DNA from: an uncultured Alphaproteobacteria bacterium
GTDB taxonomy: Bacteria > Pseudomonadota > Alphaproteobacteria > Rhizobiales > Beijerinckiaceae
Direction of reading: 5' to 3'
Length of the DNA stretch: 64,000 nucleotides
Assembly (NCBI GenBank): GCA_963737365.1
Contig: CAVTSD010000008.1
Coordinates: 23,504 to 87,503 of the forward strand
The position numbers and the translations under genes are program-made. How positions within the stretch are numbered: position 1 is the first letter of the stretch; the number at the start of each line of letters is the position of its first letter. Shown piece after piece: positions 18,359 through 26,641 of this stretch. The notes under the pieces are model-generated. The model ran no database searches, was not told where the DNA came from, and saw only the letters and a list, made by a program, of their open reading frames with translations.

Positions 18359-19627
18359 TTAGTCCTCTGGCCGTTCTGCTCCTGAAACCGCAGACTCCTT
18401 GTTATGGAGTAAGGAACCCTCATTTGCCGACCGGTCTTTCGGAAGCTGGAGCCCGTCCGTATCGGCGAGCCTAAACCCCGCCACCAAGATCGCAGTCGGG
18501 AGCACGCGCTCAATTGCGTGAGGGAGATTCCCGTCGACCTGTCCACTTTCGTAAGGGATATCTGCAGCAAGACGCAAATCCGCCAGAGGTTTCAACGCCC
18601 GTGGGCGAACCCAAAACATGGTTCCTCCAAAGAAATCGAGTTGGAATTTGTCGGACGGCACACCCATCCTTTTGGCGATGTTCAAGGTCATGGAGCGATT
18701 GGCCAACCAAAATAGGTCCTCGGGATAACCAGCTTTAGGCAGTCGAAAAACACGCGAACCGATCATTCCGATAGACGGATCGCGCTCGAACATGTCGATG
18801 GCGGCGTTCGCAGCGCCCGGCGCGCCTAAAAGATCGAACAGCAGCCGCCGTCGCCACATGTCGCCTGTGTACATTTTTCGACCGCCGTCGATCGATTTTT
18901 TCCCGTGGATCTTGCAAATATAGCGGTAGCCATCGAGCCGACCTCGTTCAAGCAGCGTCAGGAACGGGCCAACATCGCGGCCGCGATTCGGCATAATCTC
19001 TATTTCGGCGGCAGGATAACTGCGCAGGATCGCTTCGACTAAATGTTCGCGACCCGCCACAGTGGTGACAATCAGATCGAAAGGAACCGTTAGGCCCCGC
19101 AGGGCCCCGGCAATGTCAGGCCAAGTGTCCTCGTAGTAGATGTGCGCAACGACCGCCACCGGCCCGACCGCGGGGTTCTCCGTTACTTGAGGCGGAGCCA
19201 CCCCTGCCGGCCACCCATAAAGAAGTTCCGGATACTTGGCGGCAAGGTCGCTGTCGGCCCTAAGCCCAATGTTTATCCAATCCTGGTTATACCGGGTGAA
19301 GCGTTTTCGTTCACTTTTCGGCCCAACACAGAAGAGCGAGAACTCATCGTATTTCAGGTACTTCTTTTTCCTGAAGAAAAGCGACAAACGTAGCCGCGCC
19401 CATAGCGACGGCAACGCCCCGAGCCTCTCAACGCAAAAGTCGCGGCTCTCGATCGGAAGCGCCCCGACCCCGCTAGCGGCCACGACATAGTCCAGATTCC
19501 GCGAATAGGGGACCAAAACGCTTTGGTTTCGGTCGCCGATTGTAACCAGCGAGAGCGCGTTTTCCTCTCGCTCAGCGACAGGCCTTAATCGGTAGGCGCG
19601 CGGCAACCGCAAACGAAACTGGCTCAT
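18359..19627 (-). CDS. Rhamnan synthesis protein F (RgpF)-like glycosyltransferase
   Basis: VVAHIYYEDTW, NRGRDVGPFL, CKIHGKKS, FFGGTMFWVR, HAIER are typical of RgpF-family domains. Confidence 0.85.
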   Translation of the reverse strand: MSQFRLRLPRAYRLRPVAEREENALSLVTIGDRNQSVLVPYSRNLDYVVAASGVGALPIESRDFCVERLGALPSLWARLRLSLFFRKKKYLKYDEFSLFCVGPKSERKRFTRYNQDWINIGLRADSDLAAKYPELLYGWPAGVAPPQVTENPAVGPVAVVAHIYYEDTWPDIAGALRGLTVPFDLIVTTVAGREHLVEAILRSYPAAEIEIMPNRGRDVGPFLTLLERGRLDGYRYICKIHGKKSIDGGRKMYTGDMWRRRLLFDLLGAPGAANAAIDMFERDPSIGMIGSRVFRLPKAGYPEDLFWLANRSMTLNIAKRMGVPSDKFQLDFFGGTMFWVRPRALKPLADLRLAADIPYESGQVDGNLPHAIERVLPTAILVAGFRLADTDGLQLPKDRSANEGSLLHNKESAVSGAERPED

Positions 19628-19713
19628 CGATCTCTTGCCGGAAGTTTCCTGTGCTGGAGAGCAGCGCCGGCCCTCCTCTAGCGAGGACGTCCTCTTGGCG
19701 CAATCGACGCCTG

Positions 19714-21198
19714 TCAGCCGTTCGCACCCAATCGCAACGACCGGCTTTCATCCGCCTGTGGGCCGTCATGAGCGAGGACAGCTGCTTGCCTAAGGTCGTT
19801 GGCGAAGGCCCGGGTCTCCGCCGCCTTCGCAGTCGGGTCTGGCAGCCGAAGCAAATAGGCGGGATGGATTGTTGGCAGCAATATGCGGTCGCCGAAAGCG
19901 ACTGAGCGTCCCCGCATCTGTGCTAGCCGCACCGATGGTCCCGCCACAGCGCATAGCGCGCTCGCGCCGAGCGTGACGACGAGCGGCGAACTGACCAAAG
20001 CGAGTTCACGGTCCAGCCACCAGCGGCAGTGATCGATTTCGCGCGCGCTAGGAGTTTTATGGATACGCCGCTTTCCACGCGGAACGAATTTGAAATGCTT
20101 GACCGCATTCGTAAGGTAGCACTCGGCTTCTGAGAAGCCCGCTTCGCGGAGCGCCGAGCGCAGCAGCAGGCCAGCCGGCCCGACAAAGGGATGGCCTTGA
20201 AGATCCTCTTGATCCCCAGGCTGCTCGCCGACGAAAATCGCGCGCGCCTGCATTGGACCATCACCGAACACGATTTGCGTCGCACAATCGCCAAGGGGAC
20301 AGCGGCGACAAGTTTTCGCCTCGCTCCTAAGCGCCTCGTGGGCGTCCGCGGGCATCGCTAACTTTGTGGCCTCGGCGAAGCGAGCGGCGACCCTAGCGGC
20401 CCCAGGGTCCACCCTTGACGGCGGCGCAGCGACCATCTGCGCTTCGCGAGATCGAGCTGCCGACGACATCGTTGGGATCGAACGTGTTTCCGGCAGATTG
20501 ACCCAATATTTCTTTGGCATCTCCTTCAGCATGGCCCGCTCCATAAGCCGAGCGGGATTGAAGATAGCACGGTAATAGACGTCCCAGGCTCCAGCGAAAT
20601 CATCGAGCGGCGGCGCGTCCTCTCGATGGGCGCCTGGACCGAAGCGCAACTTTCCGTCCCAAAGGATTGAGGTCCGCGGCGTCAAGATCGCAAAATTCAT
20701 GGACGCGAACCGGTCGATGAAGAAAGTCGCCGTCAGCTCTTCGATGTAATGCTCAGGTTCGAACCAGGCGACGAAGCGCGCCCCGTCCGACGTCTCGATC
20801 TCGCGAAAGCGCACGAAGGCAGTCATCTTGTGACGATCGCGGCGCACAGCGCGCTCCATGTTCTCAAGCCGACGAACGAGCGGATCGCTGGCGATCTCCA
20901 GAAGGCGCGGCGTTTCTCGAAGTCGGAGGAGGGCTGCGTAAAGCAGGTCATAGCGGGTTGGTTCTTTGTGGCGGCAAACCAGATCGGCCAGCCCAAGAAA
21001 ACGGGAAGGCACGCGCACACGCGAGCTGGTCGGCGAGAGGTCTTGCGTTTCCTTCTCGGTGAAAAGGTCGCTCTCTCCCTCCGCGCTGTGAGACTCAAAA
21101 CGGATTGCGTCGGCGCCCAGGCCTCTCGCGACCGCCGCACGCGCTTCGCGGCGAAAACCTTCAAAATCGATCTCGCTCTCCAGGTGAACGATCTTCAC
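19714..21198 (-). CDS. DUF4130 (TIGR03915-type) domain fused to UdgX-type uracil-DNA glycosylase
   Basis: N-half: RDRHKMTAFVRFR, WFEPEHYI, WDVYYRAIFNPAR, MPKKYWVNLPE. C-half: CRRC...C, VGEQPGDQED, NAVKHFKF, KRRIHKTP (UdgX signature), HPAYLLR. GTG start inferred. Confidence 0.9.
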   Translation of the reverse strand: MKIVHLESEIDFEGFRREARAAVARGLGADAIRFESHSAEGESDLFTEKETQDLSPTSSRVRVPSRFLGLADLVCRHKEPTRYDLLYAALLRLRETPRLLEIASDPLVRRLENMERAVRRDRHKMTAFVRFREIETSDGARFVAWFEPEHYIEELTATFFIDRFASMNFAILTPRTSILWDGKLRFGPGAHREDAPPLDDFAGAWDVYYRAIFNPARLMERAMLKEMPKKYWVNLPETRSIPTMSSAARSREAQMVAAPPSRVDPGAARVAARFAEATKLAMPADAHEALRSEAKTCRRCPLGDCATQIVFGDGPMQARAIFVGEQPGDQEDLQGHPFVGPAGLLLRSALREAGFSEAECYLTNAVKHFKFVPRGKRRIHKTPSAREIDHCRWWLDRELALVSSPLVVTLGASALCAVAGPSVRLAQMRGRSVAFGDRILLPTIHPAYLLRLPDPTAKAAETRAFANDLRQAAVLAHDGPQADESRSLRLGANG

Positions 21199-21212
21199 GG
21201 GCCCTGCCCCGC

Positions 21213-22463
21213 TCACGCGAAAAGATCGAGCTGGCGCGGGCCGGGACGCGCAAGCCTGCCTGCAAGGGTAGCGGAATCGAGGAGGCCAGTCGGGCGCCAA
21301 TCGGGCGTGACGACAAAAGGGCGGACCGCGTCAAGGGAGCGGATGAGACGAGCGAGATCATCGATCCGCAGCGTGACATGCCGTCGCGCAGTCAGGATCC
21401 GCTTGACGACACGAGCCCCTATGCCGGGGACACGAAGAAGCGTCTCGCGCGGAGCTCGGTTGACGTCGATTGGAAAGAGAGCCCGGTTGCGCAGAGCCCA
21501 GGCGAGCTTGGGGTCGCGCTCGAGATCGAGCATGCCGTCGCTCCCTTCGTCGAGAATTTCCTCCGCCGCAAAGCCATAGTACCGCATTAGCCAATCGGCT
21601 TGATAGAGTCGGTGCTCACGCATCAGCGGAGGGCGGCGCAGCGGCAGGCTTTGCGAAGCATGCGGGATCGGGCTGAAGGCGGAATAGTAGACGCGCCGCA
21701 GGCCGTATGACGCATAGAGCGAGGCCGAGCGCGCAATGATGTCGCGATCCTTCGCCTCGTCTGCGCCAACAATCATTTGCGTACACTGGCCCGCGGGAGC
21801 GAACCGCGGAGAGCGCAGCGTTTTCCGCTTTTCTTCCTTCGCTTTGTCGAGTCGAAGCCGAAGGCCGCCCATCGCCTTGCGGATGACAAGCGCGTCCTTC
21901 TGCGGGGCGAGCCGAGTCAGCGATTCATCAACCGGCAGTTCGACATTGACCGAAAGCCTGTCCGCCGCGCGGCCGGCGCGCTCCATCAGATCCTGCGACG
22001 CTCCGGCGATCGCCTTGAGATGAATATAGCCCCTGAAGTCGTGGTCACGCCGCAGCGTCTCGGCAACGCGGACCATCTCCTCCATCGTATGGTCTTCTGA
22101 TTTCGCGATTCCAGATGAGAGGAACAATCCCTCGATCATGTTGCGGCGATAGAAGCCAAGCGTGAGGGCGACGATTTCCTCGACTTTAAAACGGGCGCGC
22201 GGCGTGTCGCTGGACAAGCGATTGACGCAAAAAGCGCAATCATAGACGCAGAAATTCGTGAGAAGGACTTTAAGGAGCGAAACACATCGTCCGTCCGGCG
22301 TGTACGCATGGCAGATGCCCGATCCAGTCGTCGATCCGAGCCCCTTACCGTCCCGCGAGTTTCGGCCGCTCGCCCCCGAGGACGCGCAGGAAGCGTCGTA
22401 TTTCGCGGCGTCTGCGAGGATAGCGAGCTTGCGGTGAAGGCTGGGCTCGATTTGTATGTTCAT
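21213..22463 (-). CDS. Putative DNA modification/repair radical SAM protein with C-terminal helix-hairpin-helix (TIGR03916 type)
   Basis: KLAILADAAKYDASCASSG, GICHAYTPDGRCVSLLKVLLTNFCVYDCAFC (CxxxCxxC), REHRLYQADWL, LLRVPGIG. Confidence 0.93.
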   Translation of the reverse strand: MNIQIEPSLHRKLAILADAAKYDASCASSGASGRNSRDGKGLGSTTGSGICHAYTPDGRCVSLLKVLLTNFCVYDCAFCVNRLSSDTPRARFKVEEIVALTLGFYRRNMIEGLFLSSGIAKSEDHTMEEMVRVAETLRRDHDFRGYIHLKAIAGASQDLMERAGRAADRLSVNVELPVDESLTRLAPQKDALVIRKAMGGLRLRLDKAKEEKRKTLRSPRFAPAGQCTQMIVGADEAKDRDIIARSASLYASYGLRRVYYSAFSPIPHASQSLPLRRPPLMREHRLYQADWLMRYYGFAAEEILDEGSDGMLDLERDPKLAWALRNRALFPIDVNRAPRETLLRVPGIGARVVKRILTARRHVTLRIDDLARLIRSLDAVRPFVVTPDWRPTGLLDSATLAGRLARPGPRQLDLFA

Positions 22464-22472
22464 TATTTGTTC
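22458..22472. promoter_or_regulatory. Alphaproteobacterial LexA (SOS) box
   Basis: GTTC-ATTATTT-GTTC (coding strand GAAC-AAATAAT-GAAC), exact GTTC-N7-GTTC, overlapping the radical SAM ATG; TATGAT lies just upstream. Confidence 0.85.
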
Positions 22473-22634
22473 CTATCATAGCTTTTGCAACCCGCCAAGA
22501 TGGGTTGCGCCGGAAAGGCACACTGTCGTCCAAGAGGACGGGTTTGGCTCGCCTGCGCGTGATCCCAGGAACCGAAAAAAGGTTGGGCGTCGAGGCCTGG
22601 GCGGCGATAGAGAGAGCGCAGAGGGGACCCCAGC

Positions 22635-24149
22635 ATGACCGCTAAAGCGCCCAACATCCTCATCGTCATGGCGGACCAGATGGCGCCGGCGTTTCTGCCT
22701 ATCTACGGCCACCCCCTCGTCCGCGCGCCGAATATGCAAGCGCTTGCGCGAGACGGGGTCGTGTTCGACAATGCCTATTGCGCGAGCCCCTTATGCGCGC
22801 CGTCGCGGGCCTCGTTCATGTCCGGCCTTTTGCCTTCGCGCACCCGGGTCTATGACAATGCCGCTGAGTTCGCGGCCGATATTCCCACCTTCGCCCACGC
22901 TCTCAGGCTTCGCGGCTACCGGACGATCCTCTCCGGCAAGATGCACTTCTGCGGCCCCGACCAGCTGCATGGGTTCGAGCAGCGGCTGACGACCGACATC
23001 TATCCCGCCGATTTCAACTGGACGCCGGACTGGGACCGCCCCGACCATCGGCCCAGCTGGTACCACAACATGAGCTCGGTTCGAGACGCTGGCCTATGTG
23101 TACGCTCGAACCAGCTCGACTTTGACGATGAGACGGCATTCATGGCCGAGCGCGCGATCTTCGATCTGGCGCGTTCAAAGGATCAACGGCCTTTTCTGCT
23201 CGTTGCCTCTTTCTCTCATCCCCATGACCCGTTCGCCGTACCGCAGCGCTATTGGGACCTGCACCGAGACGAGGACATCGACATGCCGTCGTCGGGAGAA
23301 GCGCTCGATGCGCATTCGCGGCGCCTGCGTCATGTCTGCGCGATGGACGCCGAGCCGGTGACGGAGGTTCAGGTCCGCGCCGCGCGGCGCGCCTATTACG
23401 GCGCAATCGCCTATATCGATGACTTGCTCGGCCGGCTCATGCAGGCTTTGCGTTCATCCGCCTTGGCCGAGGACACAATAATCATCCTGACCAGCGATCA
23501 CGGCGAGATGCTCGGCGAGCGCGGGCTCTGGTACAAGATGAGCTTCCTCGACGGCGCGTCGCGCGTGCCGCTTGTCATCGCCAGTCCCAGCCGCTTCGAG
23601 CCGCGCCGCGTGGCTGCGAGCGTCTCGCTCGTCGATCTCATGCCGACCCTCGTCGAGCTTGCTGGCCGGAATGCGCAATCGTTCGGGATCGACATCGATG
23701 GGCGCAGCCTTGCGCCCCATCTCCGCGGCGCGGGAGGACATGATGAGGCGATCGGCGAATATCTTGCCGAAGGGGCGATCGCGCCGATCGTGATGATCCG
23801 CCGGGGGAAATACAAATTCATTCACTCGCCCGTCGACCCTGACCAATTGTTCGACCTAGGTCGGGATCCGCGCGAGAGCGCTAACCTCGCGAACTATCCC
23901 TCATGCAGTACCATCATCGCCGATCTTCGCGCCGAGGTGGGCAAGCGCTGGGATCTCTTCGAATTGGACTCAAGAGTGCGCGAGAGCCAGCGCCGGCGCC
24001 GCTTCGTCGACAGGGCGCTTAATAAGGGCAGGATCCAGGCCTGGGATTTTCAGCCTTTCCAGAAAGCGTCGCGCCAGTACGTTCGCAATTCCATGGATCT
24101 CGACGACCTCGAAGCAATGGCTCGCTTTCCGCCGATCGCCCGCCGCTAA
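22635..24149 (+). CDS. betC: Choline-sulfatase
   Basis: PNILIVMADQ, CAPSR formylglycine motif, SGKMHF, HGFEQRLTTDIYPAD, WYHNM. Confidence 0.9.
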   Translation: MTAKAPNILIVMADQMAPAFLPIYGHPLVRAPNMQALARDGVVFDNAYCASPLCAPSRASFMSGLLPSRTRVYDNAAEFAADIPTFAHALRLRGYRTILSGKMHFCGPDQLHGFEQRLTTDIYPADFNWTPDWDRPDHRPSWYHNMSSVRDAGLCVRSNQLDFDDETAFMAERAIFDLARSKDQRPFLLVASFSHPHDPFAVPQRYWDLHRDEDIDMPSSGEALDAHSRRLRHVCAMDAEPVTEVQVRAARRAYYGAIAYIDDLLGRLMQALRSSALAEDTIIILTSDHGEMLGERGLWYKMSFLDGASRVPLVIASPSRFEPRRVAASVSLVDLMPTLVELAGRNAQSFGIDIDGRSLAPHLRGAGGHDEAIGEYLAEGAIAPIVMIRRGKYKFIHSPVDPDQLFDLGRDPRESANLANYPSCSTIIADLRAEVGKRWDLFELDSRVRESQRRRRFVDRALNKGRIQAWDFQPFQKASRQYVRNSMDLDDLEAMARFPPIARR

Positions 24150-24257
24150 TTCGGCGGCGGCAACCGAGGATGGCCATACTCCAATCCCGAGCGGCGAAAT
24201 CCCAACTCCCCATTTGGCAAAAATCGCGCTAGCGTCGTGGTCTTGAGGGGGCCTTTG

Positions 24258-24518
24258 ATGGCGACCGGGTCGAGGAAACCGATCGATCTAGCCGAGCGCG
24301 TCGCCCGTCGACGCACCCGGCGTTCTCGCGCAACCGCGGGGGACGAGGCCTGGCGGCACGAGACCTTTTGCCTCCCGCGTGACGAAGCGCGCGCCAAGGC
24401 GCGCGAATGGTTTGAGCGCTTCCCCAAAGCTGCCTATATGACGGAAATCGAGTCCTGGCGCGAGGTCGCTGATGACCGGATCGAGTTTATCATCCGTCGG
24501 TTGCCAACCGCCGATTAA
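24258..24518 (+). CDS. Conserved hypothetical protein
   Basis: SD-like GAGGGG; RDEARAKAREWFERFPKAAYMTEIESWR...IEFIIRRLPTAD looks protein-like and is recalled as a Rhizobiales hypothetical family. Confidence 0.7.
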   Translation: MATGSRKPIDLAERVARRRTRRSRATAGDEAWRHETFCLPRDEARAKAREWFERFPKAAYMTEIESWREVADDRIEFIIRRLPTAD

Positions 24519-24640
24519 GTTGCTTTTCTTTTCGCGTTTGCCTGTGTGCTTCGACACGGATTTTAGCGTTCCGCCGCCGTTGTCGCGGAACTTCTACCCC
24601 CATATAAGGATGACGTCGACGCGACCTGGAAACGGGCTCC

Positions 24641-25642
24641 TTGCGCCGGTCACAACATTCGGGGGTCAAGTTGTCCTCGTCCAGAATTAAGCATGAAAGT
24701 CTTGTTATTATTGGTTCCGGGCCTGCCGCCTACACCGCAGCGATTTATGCCGCGCGCGCCCTCTTGAAGCCCTTGGTTCTGGCCGGGTTCGAGCAAGGGG
24801 GCCAATTGATGACCACCACCGATGTGGAGAATTTTCCCGGATTCGCCGACTCAATCCAGGGTCCCTGGCTGATGGAGCAGATGCGGGCGCAAGCCGATAA
24901 CGTAGGCGCGCGGATCGAGGGCGAGTACGTTGTGGGGTTGGAGCTTGGGCAGCGACCGTTCGTCGTGCGCTGCGACAGCGGGCGAACGATCGCGGCCGAG
25001 GCGATCATTCTGGCGACCGGAGCAAAGGCGAAATGGCTGGGCCTTGCGACCGAAGAGCCGTTCAAAGGCTTTGGCCTTTCGGCGTGTGCGACCTGCGACG
25101 GATTCTTTTTCCGCGGCAAGACGGTCGCCGTGATCGGAGGCGGCAATACCGCGGTTGAAGAAGCGCTCCATCTCTCCAACCTCGCCGCCCATGTGACTGT
25201 CGTCCATCGTCGCAACTCGTTCCGAGCGGAGAAAATTCTGAGCGAACGTTTGGCCTCCCGTCACAACGTGTCCATCCGCTGGAACAGCGCTGTTGACTCC
25301 ATTATGGGGGAAGCGCCGCCCCGCGGGGTGACAGCGATCCGGCTGCGGAACGTGGTGACGGGTGCGCTAGACGATCTCACGGTCGACGGCGTCTTTGTCG
25401 CCATTGGGCACGAACCGGCGACCGAATTGGTGCGCGGCCAGCTCGCTCTCAAGACCAACGGCTACGTGCAGACTTCGCCCGGTTCGACCGCGACCAGCGT
25501 CGCGGGCGTGTTCGCAGCCGGCGACGTCGCAGACGACGTCTTCCGGCAGGCGGTCACGGCCGCGGGTCTCGGCTGTATGGCGGCGCTCGAGGCGGAGCGG
25601 TGGCTCGCCGCACAAGAACCAAAGCGGGCGGCGGCTGAATAA
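24641..25642 (+). CDS. trxB: Thioredoxin-disulfide reductase
   Basis: IIGSGPAAYTAAIY, GGQL, CATCDG active site, VIGGGNTAVEEA, FAAGDV; true start probably slightly downstream. Confidence 0.96.
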   Translation: MRRSQHSGVKLSSSRIKHESLVIIGSGPAAYTAAIYAARALLKPLVLAGFEQGGQLMTTTDVENFPGFADSIQGPWLMEQMRAQADNVGARIEGEYVVGLELGQRPFVVRCDSGRTIAAEAIILATGAKAKWLGLATEEPFKGFGLSACATCDGFFFRGKTVAVIGGGNTAVEEALHLSNLAAHVTVVHRRNSFRAEKILSERLASRHNVSIRWNSAVDSIMGEAPPRGVTAIRLRNVVTGALDDLTVDGVFVAIGHEPATELVRGQLALKTNGYVQTSPGSTATSVAGVFAAGDVADDVFRQAVTAAGLGCMAALEAERWLAAQEPKRAAAE

Positions 25643-25714
25643 AAAAAGCCGGCGACGGCGTCAGCAGAATAAGCCGATGAATGCCAATGGGCCTCGCTGG
25701 GCCAAGGGAACGTC

Positions 25715-26608
25715 ATGGACTGGGATAAGCTGCGCGTCTTCCAGGCGGCCGCCGACGCTGGGTCGTTCACCCATGCGGGTGAGACGCTGGGCCTCAGTCA
25801 ATCGGCGATTAGCCGTCAGGTCGGCTCGTTAGAGGCTGACCTCGGCGCGCCATTGTTTCATCGCCACGCCCGCGGCCTCATACTGACCGAACAGGGCGAA
25901 ATGCTGCTCGGCGCCGTGCGCGACGTGGTTCTCAAGCTCGACGCGGTGCGCAGCCGGCTGATTGACAGCCGAGAGAAGCCGCACGGTGAACTGCGCGTCA
26001 CGACGACGCTGGGGCTCGGCGCCAATTGGCTAGCCCCGCGGCTCGGGGAGTTCGTCGATCTCTACCCGGAGATCAAGCTCCAGTTGCTGTTATCTGACGA
26101 CGAACTCGACCTCGGGATGCGGGAAGCGGACGTTGCACTGAGACTGCGCGAGCCGAGCCAGCCGGACCTCATTCGGCGCCGGCTGTTCACCGTGCATTTC
26201 CACGCTTATGCATCAGCCGACTACCTAAAACGGCACTCGCAGCCGCGTAAGGTCGAGGATCTCGATCAACACCATCTGGTTGCTTTCGGCGCGCCGACGG
26301 CAACTCATTTCCTATACGATCTCAACTCGCTTCTGAACGTCGGACGCGACCCGAAGAGCCCACGCACGGCGCAGATCACGGTCAACAATCTGGCCGCGAT
26401 GACCCATGCGGTTGAACACGGCGTCGGCATCGCGGTCTTGCCGGACTATTGCGTGCAGCCGGAATCTGGCCTTGTCCGCCTTCTGCCGCAGGCGGACATG
26501 CCGGAGATGGACTGCTTCCTTGTCTATACGGAGGAACTCAAAAATGTCGCGAGGGTCCACGCCTTTCGCGACTTTCTCGTCAGTACGGCGCAGCGCTGGC
26601 GCTACTGA
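25715..26608 (+). CDS. LysR-family regulator, probable LsrB/VtlR ortholog
   Basis: MDWDKLRVF...SQSAISRQV...LFHRHARGLILTEQGE; position directly after trxB matches the recalled lsrB/vtlR context. Confidence 0.85.
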   Translation: MDWDKLRVFQAAADAGSFTHAGETLGLSQSAISRQVGSLEADLGAPLFHRHARGLILTEQGEMLLGAVRDVVLKLDAVRSRLIDSREKPHGELRVTTTLGLGANWLAPRLGEFVDLYPEIKLQLLLSDDELDLGMREADVALRLREPSQPDLIRRRLFTVHFHAYASADYLKRHSQPRKVEDLDQHHLVAFGAPTATHFLYDLNSLLNVGRDPKSPRTAQITVNNLAAMTHAVEHGVGIAVLPDYCVQPESGLVRLLPQADMPEMDCFLVYTEELKNVARVHAFRDFLVSTAQRWRY

Positions 26609-26641
26609 GACGCGGCGAGACGCGGGGCTCAGCCCGCCCGG

